A stretch of 64,000 nucleotides of DNA. Origin: Styela clava (taxonomy: Eukaryota). Positions 25,401 through 40,400 of this stretch are shown one piece after another. Location: positions 14,756,001 to 14,820,000 of the forward strand of contig NC_135257.1 in assembly GCF_964204865.1 (NCBI RefSeq). Reading direction: 5' to 3'. Position 1 is the first letter of the stretch. Every line of letters begins with the position of its first letter. A model generated the notes under the pieces. The model was not told where the DNA came from and did no database searches. It worked only from the letters and a program-made list of their open reading frames with translations. Made by a program: the position numbers and the translations under genes.

Positions 25401-28400
25401 CTCCCCTAAAGGAGGAATATAGACGATCACCTTATCCCAGGTGATAATCCGGCTATAGGTTGCTAATTTACTGTTTTGGGGATGTCTAAACTATTTCAGA
25501 GTAGTTCGTTGTTACAACGGCGTCTAGTGTGTGTTTATCCTTGGTCCATGCTTGATCGGAGTATACTTGTAATCGCACCTGTGCAAATTACAGTCGACGA
25601 CACATTTGTCATTAATTTTTTTTTGTTGTTTTTTCTACTTGGTGTATCGACATATTATACGCTTATTTGCGCCCATTAGTCTGGCTGCGTATAATAAGGC
25701 CTTCTTTGCCAATAATTTCGCGAATGTATAAAACAAAGTCAACAAATTCTTGCGCCAAGCGTGGGGTCACGATAGTATCTATTTATTTTTGTTATGCATA
25801 ACGAGGTCATCTCTGCGTCACGTGCAGAGTTATGATCGTAAACAAGTTTGTTATTGTGATCGTAAACAAGTTTGTTATGGCGGCTGTTACATTCCCTCGA
25901 CGAAAAAAGGACTCTAGATGGAAAAAGCAAGACCAAAGAATCTAAGGCCTTCTTTACGCCAATAATTACGTGAATATATAAAACAAAGTCAACAAATTCT
26001 TGCACCAAGCGTTTATCTATTATTTTTGTTATTCATAGCAAGTGCGATCAGTTTCGAGAAGCACTACTGTTTGCATAGAATGTGACGTGCATCTCTGCGT
26101 AGCAACCGGCAAAAGTTGCTTCGTAGATTATCATAAAAAAGTGGAATATTGGCGATAGATACTTTGTGTTACCTTTGTATATTCATCCATTTTATGTATA
26201 TATCATTTATTATGATTTTTATGTATATAAATGTAATGTATGTTTGTGTATATATTTTTCATTTTAATTATAGTGTGATTTTCTTTATTAGTGCAAGTGT
26301 GTCTAAGTTTATAAATACAAAACTACTTTGCAAACGATCAATCCTTGGCCCGCGAGACGCAACTGAAGAATTCCAGACTAGTTAGTTTGTCGACAACGCG
26401 CAAAAGTGAGACAGCTCGTTATTGACACGCGAAGATTATCAATTGAATATCTATCGTCTGGTTCGCATTACAAGCTTCACTGAGCACTCGTTTGAAAGAC
26501 GACGTAACGCGCTTTACAGCAGACATAATACATTCGAGTCTCTCGCGCCTGTATACTACAAGGCTCAAATTGAAAACAAAAAAATTGAAAAATTTTTGAA
26601 ATATTTATCTTTTCCCGGCCATACAAATTAGAGAGAACAGGCTGCGTATTTTGAGCGCCGCATGTCAGCGGGCGTTCAAGAACGGCTTTTCAGAAATACC
26701 AAAGTGGTGTTGCTATCATTTTTAAATGAATAGAAATGACAATTTTTAATTAGGGGTGTCAAGAAGGCCGTAGATTGTCGGGGAATATAGGGTTAAAAAG
26801 GGAATTTAAGGAGCTCCCCATGGTCCGTAAAATACGATAATAATTTTAATAATTTATCATAAAACTTTTTTCAACTTAATTGTATTTTTGAACATGTCTG
26901 TCAAATTTTGTCATTTTGTGAACAAACAAATTATTAAGAGTTCAATTCAAATCCACTCACCAAACTTTCCAAACGTTTTGCAACAACTGAAGCAAATCTC
27001 TGTTCACCGGCGAGTTCAGAAATTAAGAAAACATATTCAGGAGCATTCACTTGATTTGAACGATGTGTTCGACCTGAAGAGAAGCATAACATAAACATAA
27101 GCAACAAAAAAAAAAACCAATTAAATCAAGTATGCTTGGGAAAAATCAACTTTTCATAAACAAAGACAACATACAAGCAGTGTATTCCAACCTTTTCTGG
27201 CTTGAGACCACCTTCTGGATGCTTTTAGCACTCATGGACCCCTTATTTATCATTCTCATGGTATTTATAGTGGTATTTTGATTGGCAGATTCCAAATTAT
27301 ATTATGTTAAAACAATTCATGCTCAACAAAGTGAAAACACCCTGTGAAATAACCTCAACAAGTAATAAAACTTGGAAGAATGGATTTTCTTGTCGTGGTA
27401 AGTGAAATCACTTTTGCGTCTAGCATTGGGGCCCAAACCAGCTACGCTATGGCCCCAGGCCCCAGGTTGGGAACCGCTGACATACAGCATTACATTTGTG
27501 TTAGTGTGCAGTAAGTCTATTGAATCACTTAGAATAGTCATCTTTACTATTTACTTTAAACAACGATATTTCACGCCTTTGGATCTGCACCCTATATACA
27601 AGTAGAGCTACTATTATCTGGAAGGATAGAGTCTTTCTGGTTCACTATTGCCTACCCAATTTAATATGTCATGAATGACGCATCGGGCGTGAGATTTGAA
27701 TCAGAGATGTGTAATCTGCGATGCCAACACAGTTAAAGTCAAATGATTTAACCGCCAGAACATTGCATCACCCTGCCTCTAAATGATTCATGCATTATCA
27801 TTGTAAAATAAGCATAAAGTCCCACAAAAGGCCAATTTGTAGACATAGAACATGTGATTTTTGTGCCTGAATTTTACATAATACTTGCCGAATTGTTGAA
27901 TAGCTCGATCAGCACTCCATGGAAGCTCCAGAGTTAAATGAAGTCTTCGACGTTGATTTCGAGCTCTGCGATCTGATTGTAATGAAATTCCAGAACTTGC
28001 AGCTTCACTAATAATTGCAATATTTTTCTCCCCATCCATGAACCTCTGAAATGCAGTTTACGAAATAAAAATAATGAATTAGTGGGTCAATACATATATA
28101 ATTACATAGAGAGAATGCAGAACTCCACAAACATGCTCCGGTCAGCAAAACATGGCCAGTAAATGTCCAAACAGGTCAGTGAAATAGGGTCAGTGCGTGT
28201 TCAATTAGGGTCAGCACAAAACACTCAGTATGTGTCCAAACCGAGTCAGTGGAATAGTCTGTGCATGTCCAATTAGGGTCAGCGAAATATGGCCAGTGTG
28301 TGCCCAATTAGGGTCACCTGCACCTCTGAAACCCAACAATTCATTGCAGGAGACGCATCTTGAATTTAAATCTCATTCCTCACTTGGGGTGTAGTAAATT

Positions 28401-31400
28401 TAGTAGGTAATTCCAAACAAGAAAGATTCCGGTCTACCCAAAAACAGTATCACTGAATGCTTGCAAAAAACTTGAAGATATATTCCTCAGATAGGGATGT
28501 TACTCATGTGAAGTTCACATTGTATATTATTAAACAACATACCTGTTTTTCTGCCAAATTAAGCATATTACATCGCACATCGTTCTCAGTTCTAGATTCA
28601 TATTGAATGTTTCCTTCTTCAGTTGCCACCACTCTACCTTTTCTTCCAGTCATCTAGGTATTTAAGAAAATAGAAATGATTAAAAAACGAATTTTTCATC
28701 ATGTTTACGAATACCCAGTATAATCCTATCAGTCATATTATAAAACAACGCGAAAAAAATTGCCATTTCATAATAATTTGAATTTATCAATAAACCCAAT
28801 TACCAAATTAAGGAGGGAAGTCAGGAGAGGCAATGTCAAAAATAGGATTTTCATATTTATCCTGATGGAGAGGAAAGCCATATAACAGCTTAATCATATG
28901 GCAGTCACTCGCCCTATTAACAATCCATGTTGAGGACAGTTATAGTTTACCAGTTATTTGTTTCAGATGCGATGACTTGATAGTGGGGGAAATCGTAACG
29001 GACTAGCGTTATATAAACTACCGTACCCTACGACAGCGAGAGGTTGTGTAAACCTTCCTACGATAACAAGAAGTCCAGCAATCCTCTAGCACTCAATTAT
29101 CTCCAACAGGATAATAAACCTGCACACTGTAATCAGAGATGTGATGGCAGGATGTTCCTATCAGGCATGACGCACCAACCGCCAAGCTTCAGTATTGACA
29201 ATCAAAGTGAAAATGACAGTGTGGGAGTAAAATCAATTTCATTTCGAAATAAAACTTTACAATTCTGAAGATATTTATTTCTTCTATTAATGAGAAAATT
29301 GAAAATGGAAAATTGGTATTTGCACCATGAAAGTTTTCTACAACATACCTCGGCAACATTTTCTGGTCCTCCAAGAGCATCAATCAATTCATCTAGTGTA
29401 TTATTTGGTAATTCAACAGAATCGAGTTTTCTTAACAATTCTTTTTTAAGTGCTTGTGCTTTTGCAACTGGATTTTGCCCAGACAATTTAAGACTTTCAA
29501 GTCCTGCAACAACATATTTATTTTCAACAAATAAAGAATGAATAATGTATATAGGTTAATCAATATGTTATTCAAAAATAGTGTGAAATATACTTTAAAT
29601 CAAAACTAAAATGCTTTCATTTAGGAACTTGAGTTAATTGAACTTGAAAAGGCTGTTATTGTGATATATTATTTTGCCTAATATGTTTTAGTGGTGGTGC
29701 ACATTGTCTGCTACAAATAGTCTTCGACGTGTATAATGTTATCTTGCTATTTAACTTGGTTTGGAGTATTTGGTTGTATTAAGAATCTTACTAACAGTTA
29801 CACCAGAGTTTCTCAAACTGGGCGGCCCTTAAACAAATGCCTTTACTATATACCATTCGCCACGGTTACATCAATTTAAAGAAAATTAACTGTGATGATT
29901 TGACTGTAATGCACTTATTTATTAATTTCATTTTGTCATCATTGAACTTGTTCAATAAAATAATTAATGAAAACCCAGTAAAAACAAGACTAATTTTTTA
30001 TATTGACGAGCAGGAGCATGGAGTCTTTGGAAGGGGGCCACAGACTGTTTGGAGTATTTGAAAGGTGGCCAACAGATCATGAAAGTTTGAGAAAGTCTGA
30101 ATAAATTCTTCCTTATTCTATATTTTGGAAAAGAACACAAATAGATAATATGATCCTCATATTTACTAACAATATACAAACTACAATGAAAATTGAGCCT
30201 TTACATGAGTGAAAAATTAACTAGACCTCATTCTATAACATAAGTGTTATCGTAAAATTTTGGTAAACTCACCCAAATCTTCCGTATTCTCTGAATTAAC
30301 ATAGGCAGTGAGATTAGTTTGTTCAGATTCATTTGTTTTAGTTTTTATTTCGTTAGAATGGTTTGAAGGTCCATTTTTTAATCCTGCTTCTTCCAGTAGT
30401 CGATCTGCTTCTTCATCCATATCCGATCCTTTCTTTTTGTTTTTCTTCTTCATCTTTTTCTTTCGAGATTCTTCTGCATCTCCTCCCCATTCTATTTTTC
30501 AAAAAATTTTAAAATAAAATTGGTAAAGATTGAAAAAATATGGAAATTTTACATGCGATTATTATTTCCCCCCCTTTGCTCCGAACAAGGCCATGTACAA
30601 ACATCCACTAACTACCACTTTTGGAATACGCCATTGCCTATTCAATTTATTACACCCTGAATGAGGTGAAGGGTAAGGAAATTCAAGTTTATATTGAATT
30701 AGTCCTGAAGTATGCGCACCAAGATGGCGCACAACCTGAACTCAAGTTGTGTACCAAGTTAGGGTACTTCAGGAGTACCAATTAGTCAAAAAAGTCAAGT
30801 TATTTTGGTACTCCCGTAGTAGGCCTATGTGTACCAGGTTAGGGTTGGGCCATAATTTTATTCAGATTTTCCTTATTTTATTTTTATTACGAGTTTCTAC
30901 GGACTGGGTATGTTAGCCAAGTGAATACCCCCTGTCCATAGGTTTTAGTCTTTTTACACAACTTGACGTAAAATAGGGGAACAAGATTAGTTACCTCCAT
31001 ATTGGTACACATACTTCTGGAGCACCATTTTAAGGAATACCCATGAAATAAAACATGACATGTTAAAGTCCACTTATTAAATAAATGAAAAAATAAAGAA
31101 AAACATATTTTATACCATCACTATCCGAGCCTCCTCCAAATATTTTTCCGATATCTTCATCACTATAATCAATAGATGCATCTGAATCAACACCCGAAAA
31201 TTTTGCGGAGTCATAATTTTCTTCATCAGAAGATGCTGAGTCATCATTGTCATTGGTTACCGATGAACGAGTTTTCTTGGACACAGGTTCGTTGGACTAC
31301 AAATTGATGAAATTCAAATAAATATTATAGTAAAATATCCACAAGATAATAATTTTATCTAATTTTTGGTTAAATTTTATTATTCTCAAACCAAGAAAAA

Positions 31401-34400
31401 TTTACCGTTTTTAATGCTCTCGCATTATCATTCAACAATGTCTAACTGCCGTAACTGGTATTTCGTATGACTATGCCCACCTTATTATTAATTGCATTTT
31501 TTCTTTTTGCATTATTTTGTTTTTGTGAATTTCCATCTTCCGATGCGTTATCATCCTTTTTATAAAAATCTTTACCGAACAAGTCAGTCACTCTTTTTCG
31601 ATCTGGCGCAGGAAAATGGTTTTCAATCAAATTTTCAAAAACACCTCTGAATGGAAAAAATATATGAATGAAAATTTAAACTGGAACCGGAATATTGATT
31701 ACGATATTCTATTGAGAAAAAATTAAAACCAGAATAAAACTAGAATTATTGAATAAACTAATGCATATGGAGATTAGCAATAAAACCTGCTTTTTACATA
31801 AAACTGAAAATTTTAATGAAACAGAATTTAGACGTTTGAGGGTTTTAAGACAAAAGGTGAGGTTCGATTTGAAAGTATTACAAGCAAGTACTTAATCATA
31901 GTTGTAATATTAATCAAGGTATTTAAATAATATGTTACATGAGTTTAAAAATCAAAAATATAAATTTTCACTCAATTTATCAAAACATATTTTTCAAGTT
32001 ACGCCTTTTTGGTTATTGAAGCGCTTGAGTTGTAAGCTAAGATTTCAGCTACGTTAATTATCACTAGTCTATGTAACTTTCACCATTGCAACATGAATGT
32101 GTTATGTAATATTTTTCATATTTTGCTGCATAAACACTTCTAATCAAATTAATCGCAACTGGAAGATTCTAAAACAACAAACTATTCAAATATGAAATCA
32201 TATTTAAAAATTGTCAATTTCTCACTTGGCAGTAGAAACAAAGTCTTCTAATTCTCCTCCACATTTTTCCAGCATGTCCAATGTTCTTGCTTCCCCAGTA
32301 GATTGTAATCCAATGACAACACATTTTCCATGTTTAACAGCTTCCCTAGCAAGTTGTGAGGCATGATCAACCTAAAACAAGGAAGGCCCGCTCAATTAAT
32401 GACCAATATCCCAGGCTAAAGGTGAGAGTGGGTTCAAACCCCATAAAGAGCATGCTATAATGAATTATATCGAAATAGTCAATACCTTGGCAGCGATGCA
32501 TAGATATTTAAAAAATCGTTGATGTGCTGCCCAAAATTGACCCCACATTGTTTTTTTCATGTGATGTTCCGCATCAATGAGTCCAGCAGCGACTTGAAAT
32601 GCTTCTCTCGCAGCAACCCACTGAAAAAAATAATTTATTGACTTTCAAAAATAGCATTTACATTGTATGTTATACAAACAACAAAAGATATTTGATAAAC
32701 AAAAAAATTCCGGAGTATTTCAACCCCGAAGCACCCCATGAAGATGGTGCATTGCGCTTAGCATTAGGAATACGCTTGTCTGATTACTCTGTACGGATGT
32801 AGTAGGATCAAATTCTGCCTCCCTATAAACCGGCAAGAGGTCGTGGTTCGTCATATGATTAAGCTGATTTATCATCTTTCCAGGGACAAATATGAAAATT
32901 CTATCATATCCAGAAATCATTAATCTTCAGACCATAAATTTACAGAATTATTCAATTTATCAAAAATTCAAAAAGGAGACCATATATTCCTGAACAAGGA
33001 GATAAGGCAACAAGAGAGCAATATTGGAACACGAATTAATGACAATTTTGGCCAACGCAATGTCAGAGCAAAGTTTCAACCAAACATTAAAATGGGGAGA
33101 ATTGTACCAGAAGTCATACACAAGTGTACTGAATGTCTTACGAAGGCGTGTTCATAAACTATAAAAACCAGCAAAATTTTGACAGAGATCACACTAAAAC
33201 TAAAGAGTAAATTTTCCACAGATTCACTTTCTATACAAAAACCTACCAATCGAACAGCATCATTGTACATTTTTATAAACTTTCTTGGTAATTGCACTTC
33301 CTTAATACGAAATGATACTCCATGGAAACTGAGCTGCCTAGCAATGTACGCTCCTCTGGATTTTAAATCCATGGCAACCAATTCCATTGCCCCAACACCT
33401 CGCCTTTCAACAGCCTTTAAAATAAATATTATTGGACAATTAGTGGACAAGAGGTTGAATTGTTAAGACCTAATTAATCGGGTTGGCATCGCAGATTACA
33501 CAGCTCAGATTCAAATTCAATGCTTTATTATTTGGTAAAACTCTCACATACATGATCACGAGCAATTAGAGATACAATTGAAATACATTTTTGCTGTCCA
33601 TTTTGCCAACTCCTTGTAAATTCATTAGTGACAATGAACAATGACATTAAACCATTGGCTTGCTCTAAACAAGGCTTTGAGCAAGAAAACAAATTACAAT
33701 GAAACCGAGCTCAAAACATACAAATTTTTCGAATTTCGGGATAAATAAATAAACGAATGAACTAACGATAGAATAAATTGTTGCGTTTACCTGAATGAAA
33801 TTCATGAAATCAGTGAAAGGTGTACCATGTCCCCACAGGCCTATTCGCGACATATACGCCATATTGCGAGGTTCAGAAGCCCCTGTAGCGCTTGCATAGA
33901 TAACACTAAATGAAATAAAGCGCAATCATTTTTAAGCAACGAACATACACAATATAGAAATTGTCACGAGAGCATGCCATATATGAGTCTATCTCAAATA
34001 CTCTACAACAGGGCACAGATTTCTTACTATATTTTTCGAGACAATAAATAGTTTTATCTATTTATCTCAGGTTAAAAATCTTGATTGAAAACCTTGATCT
34101 TCAAGAGACCTTGGGGGGATTTCTTATTGCCAAGTTAGACCGTAATAGTTAATGGGTGTGGAAAACGTGGGGTTTCAAGAGGGTATAAAAAAGCATCCGA
34201 AACTGATAAAAAAAAAATTTACATTTCGGAAGAGGGGGGGGGGGGTGTTCTGACGTTTAGAGTAGAGACATGAAATCATTGTATTGGAAATATAAAATAT
34301 CCCAAAAGTATCCAGAGTGAAACAAAAATCTTACCGTGCATTTGGCAGTCGTTTCTGTAGTTCAAGAACAGTATATCCAGTTTTAGTAGGTTTAGCTGAA

Positions 34401-37400
34401 CCAGATGGAATTAAATTTTTGGCTTTGTGACATTCATCAAATATAATCTGATTACTCGAAGTCAAGGATATAATTGTTTACACCAAATTTACTTTATATA
34501 AATGCTGATTCATTATACGTTGCAACTAAAAATTTGCTTTGTCATTCTTATAGCGCAAAAAGTAGTTGAAAATAGAATTCTCAATTAAGACTGCATTTGT
34601 TTACAAATGTATATGGAATTAGGTTTTAAATACAATTTTTTTTTAACATATTTGATGATCACAAACGCAATTATGATTTTTCCATAAATATGACATTTTT
34701 TAATCGATTATGGAAAAAACTGAAAAATTTTTAATCAATAAAAACAGAAGTTTCTTGTAGAACCAAGATTTAAAATGAAACAAACTGTATTTCATTATCA
34801 AGCACTGTCATCTATATTTTACTATACAACAAACTACATGTCACACATTATTATATGCAGTCAAATGAGAAACCTGGGTGGTTATCGAGAATCATCAAGT
34901 TGTGAGTGATGATGCTGAGCCCACAGTAATCCTGGGTATATAGTGATATAAGTTCATGACCAATAGTTCATACGTTGGGTTACAAGTCCAATGTCGTTAA
35001 TACAACGTGGAAAAAATTTCGAAGAAGAAAGTGTTCTAATGGTGAAAACAATACCAAAATTTTTCCATAAAAATGATATTTTTTTAACAAAGGATACGAC
35101 TCCATCAAAATCTTTTCCACACCAATGCAATATTTGTTTTAATCTCGTTCCATATTTAGTGTTAAAATGACTTTCTCCAATTAATGATGAATACGTAGCA
35201 AAAATAACTCCCTTCTTTACAGAACTGTTTTCTCTCGATGAAATTTTCCCATATTTGAACTAAAAATAGAGGAATATGCATTTCTATTCACATACAACAA
35301 CAACTACCGGTGTTTAGTATAGTATTCCAGAAATCATGTCTAAAATGTTTTCAACCGTGAATGTTGTAAACTTTCGAAAAATAGATAAAACTGAGACCAA
35401 ATTTTGATTTATAAATTGATAATAATTAGCATAATGTTATGGTATTCAAGACTCTTGCTGCACACACATATGAATTTATTTCTGTAATATTTCGTCTGTT
35501 CGAGGTCTGTGTTATAGAAATATTTAGTGTTAGTGTACAATACGACTTTTGAATTAAACAGAATAGTCATCATTGGTCTTGCTACAGCATCCTTGCATTA
35601 TACATCAGGAAAAGGATCGCCATATTGGGCCAGTGGAAATAAAAATACACAAAATTGACAATTGATCTATTAAACTTACCTTATTTAACATATGAACATG
35701 GATATTTTTGGCACCAATATCTCTGAGATCTCGTTCCGAATCAAATTTAAGATCATTCGATACACTAAACCTATATAATATAATGAAATAACCATCATGA
35801 TAGAAAGGCAAGATGTCATAAAGTACATATAATAGAATGGAAAAGCAGGTAACAATTAAAATAGACGTGACGAGCAATATAATGTGATGAAATATAATGT
35901 CTGAGTAATCAAAGTGTAACTGCCGATTGTTACAATTATGCAAATAACAAAACAGCTGAAAATTAAAAACAGAATATGAAAACTCAAAATTTAGCTTGAA
36001 ATTTTTTACTGAGGTATGTAAGTTTAAATTTGAATTAATTGATAAACTTTTAGGGAAAAAAGTATGCCTCACCATGAAAAAATTAAAAAAGCAAATTCTT
36101 ACCAAAGTGCTCTTTTCCTTCCCAATATATAATTTTCAAAAATGATTCCAGCAACTGTTCTTCCTTTTCCCACACCTGCACCATCACCTTGAATGAGAAA
36201 TATTGAAATTGTGAATACGGCTATTATAATTTATCAGGCGCAGTGATGGACCTGTGAATCGTTTTGTGGATCGACCTGTGGATCATGGTTGCTAGTACAA
36301 ATAGTCACTTTCACTTCACAGAAATTCCCCATTAGTTGAAGGAATTCAAGAAATTTTTTTTTTTTTTATATTTCTTTCAGCTCCCTGTGACATGTATATT
36401 TATCAAAAATTTCAAAAGATGTATGCTGATTTTGCAGTGATCGAAATAGCGAGTTCGTTCTCAATTAACACGCTGTGTGTTTAAGAGTGAGTAGTCTACC
36501 TTATATTTGAGCACTCCTTTTTTGCATTCATCCAAATATCTTTCTCAATATTTGACGGTAATAATACAAAGCTAACAACTAGTATGTGCTCATTAACTTT
36601 GAGTGATTGGGTACAATGATGGAAAATCGTTCATCACAACATAAATATATTCCAGCCCAGTAACCTATGAATTGTTTTGCAAAATTGTTGTTATTGTTAT
36701 TCTCACTAGGGTTGTTGTAGTTGTTTTAAAAAAATAATTTATTTTGAAAGTTACCCAGGGTCTGATATAATACAGGGGGTACTAGGATATTGTGTACCGA
36801 ACTGCAAGTCCTTTTTCCTTGTTTATTTCCTACTTTTCACCTACATCAATCTATTTTGACAGCAAGGTAGAACCAGACCATCCCTAGCATTTTTCGAAAT
36901 TTATTATATTAACTTACATTGACCATTATTATGATCTTTCATATTCGCATTTATATCTTGTTTTGTCTAAAGAAGTTAGACTATGATCTGACGAAAACTC
37001 ACAAATTTACTTTCTATTTCGTGGAAAGAGATTATGCTATTCTAAATTATCCGATATAATATTCAGTAAAATTCTCCCAACAATGGATCATTTGAGCTTT
37101 GTTGCATATAATATATTCTTGATATTTCTATTACCAACCTACTAAGAATCCTGCTCTTTCTCCATTCGGTAGAAAAGTTGTATGTTTTTGACAAGCATAT
37201 GTTATTGTTTCAAGTTGTAATGCAGACAATAGTCCTTGATCAATCACTTCTTCAGGAATGGAAAGTTTATAATGAATATCTGGAGGTGGAACACTGGACA
37301 AAGAACTTGTCTCGACGACTCTGTCAGGATGAGGAAGTCCAATATTCACTGTGAAAAAAGTTGCAATGTTTAGAACCCTCGAATAACTATCTGTGTTTTT

Positions 37401-40400
37401 TCATTGCTTTGAATAGATGACATCCTACAACTTCAGTGATGTGTAGATTTTGATTTCAATATACCGGTAAGTAGCGTATCTAAAATATTGATCATTCCAG
37501 TCTCTTCAAAGAACATTATACAAATTTCAGAAAATTGAAATTATTGTATTTTTCTATTCAAATTCACAGGTTTCTTACTTACGTTTCAATTTATCTAGAA
37601 GATTCAAAATGTAATGGTAAGATTAAATGCCAGAATAAATATTAAACAATTTAACTAAACCTATCTCATTGACTGTATATCATATCACATAGATTATTAC
37701 TTTTACTAATATCATTGACTAGCTGTGAAGACCCTCGTTTGGCGAATTTTTATACATTTATGCTTACTGCTGCTGGCAAACATTTCAAAGTATATAAAAA
37801 TATGCAAAACCTGTAAACTTTTTTCCAACACTAGATATTAATGAGAGTAGTATTGCCTAAAGCAAGGTTAAATAAAAAAACGTACATTTGCTTGGTTTAT
37901 ATTCAGCATAAATATTGGCATGTTGACCTTCTTCTTCCCTTTCCTCATCTTGAACTAATTCATCTGTTGACTTACGGGAATCCACAACATCCTGGAATAG
38001 CAACAAATAATGAGTATATTGTTTTATGTACTCTGAACAAAGCTCTGAAGCCGAGTTTTCCAACCGGGCAGGAAGTTTTACTCGGAGAAAGGAAATTTTA
38101 TTTTGTATTTGCATGTAGTGTTACTAATATATTTTGCTTATATATGGTAATACTTATTTTTGTACAGATTATAAACTATTTAATGAACTTTAGAAAAGTT
38201 AAAGTCAAGTAACAAATTTCACCTACTAGCTTAGAATCAATTCATGATTGAACAATAAACATATGCATTGTGACCAGGGTTGTCCAAAACGAATCGAATA
38301 TTCGAATGTATTCGAATATCAAAGTATTCGAATACCTTTTGGGCTTATTTTCGAATAATTCCGAATAGTAGCCACTTTTCACCGTAAACGTGGTGTTTCG
38401 TTTTACGGGAATCTTCAAACGACTTGTTACGCTGTCTCACGTATTGTAATGACGATGAAATAGAATCGGCACTTTGATTGTTTAAATTATGTGCGACCGT
38501 ACGCCGCATAGTGTTGCGACACATTTGCACGTTTGCGTGGGTGGACATTGCCGACATTCGTCTACGAGGCTTCCAATTTACAAATTCATTTCCATTACGT
38601 CGAAAAATTGACAAATACCGTATTTCATGATATTTATTCGCAGGCCGGTTATCGTTACTTTAAAGAGAAACACGGCCACCGAGATAAAGTGATTGGTGAC
38701 CCTTTCGTTTTTGCCGATTCAGCAGAACACGACAGGGACAGGAAAACACAGCTGTGAAATAACCTGTGGACATGTGGACGTACAGTGTAGTACTTATCAC
38801 ATCCCAAAATTATTTCAACATTCGGGTTAATAGGTTGTCCAAAATGATTGCCGCTTTACAACTTAAATTTACCGCTAGGGCTGTCCAAGCGAACCAAATA
38901 TTCGAAATCGAATCGAATCGCAAATTATTCGAATCGTTTTTCGGCTAATTTTCGAATCGCTAAAATTGGGTACCGGTACATAAAGCGGAAACCACCTTTA
39001 CGGGATGTTTTTCATCGGGCAAGCGGCGGCGCTCCGAGCTCAGACCACTCTCGCTCCCGCTTGCTTAATTGGTTTCCCGATATTTCTCTCGCCTTCATTT
39101 TGTGATAAACATGTCATTACTAATGCCCGCCCGGTGGCATGTGATTAGCCATTTCATGCGTGGTCATCATAACAAGGTATAGTCGATCGTGACGTTTTTG
39201 AGAAAGAACAAGGAGAAAAAGGAGACAATTTAGAAAACGATAGTTCTATAAATAGAATCGATTTGAAGCTGTTGAGTTAGTTATCATAGGAACATGGTAC
39301 AGGCAACTCAAAGCTGAAACAGATGTTTTGGGATCCTTATGATGACAATACCTTCTTTAAATGGAATTTGTAATTTCTCATGATGGCATTACTGTATTAT
39401 CCATCTATATACCAAGACAAATAATTGCACTCTTGCATTTTGATGGCTGTTGTACACTAACAATATTATAGTCCTCAAATAATATTGTCATCAAACTAGC
39501 TTGGAATTTTTAAATGCAATTTTGAACTTGAGCAACAGTTTTATCTATATTGATGGTTGTTATTATTTTGCTGAAATTTACACAAAAAAACATAAAGACT
39601 AGTGAATAGGATTAAAATAGCATCTACAAGCTTTATATGTCCTACTAAAACTGAATCCATCAAAATTGAGATTGCAATTTTTGAATAGTGCAATTTTTAC
39701 TCTTAACACTCAACAGTTTTCGAGACCCAAATTTTGGAGTTCTCCAATTTTTTTGACCAGTTCATACAAGCGTGTGATCTCCTTTGATGTAACTGCACAT
39801 ACGTTACCACAACATCGAAGGGCAGGCGTTTATTGTATAATAGAGACAGATTTACTATTGGGCAATAATATTCGATTACTCGGTTCGATTCGGCGAAAAT
39901 ATTCGATTCGATTCGAATCAAAAAATTATTCGATTTTGGACAGCCCTATTTACCGCTCAATTGTTAAAAATAGATTATTCTGTGAGTATGATTCTACCAA
40001 ACTAACATGATCTTGTTCTAAACATATAAAATAATTAGCGCATATCAGCATAACTGAACAACAGGGACACAATTTTTCTACCCGTCTTATTGGAGGCCTA
40101 TATGAAAAAAAAACTTTTTTGAGTGCTAAAAATAGACATCGTCCTATTTGCCATGTGGACTTATTAGCCGGAAAATACGGTATTTATAGCCGTCATTGTT
40201 ACGATATTCAATAAATTGTGGACTTAGAATGTGTGGTAAACTACCCGATTATAAATAGTTTTTGATTCATATTTTTATATTTATGAAATAATAAAAGTAT
40301 TATTACTCAAACATACAACGGCGATCTGTGGACTTAAAATGTGTAGTAATGTTCCCGAATATAATTAATTTTTGATTCGCATTTTTGTACTCACGAAAAA

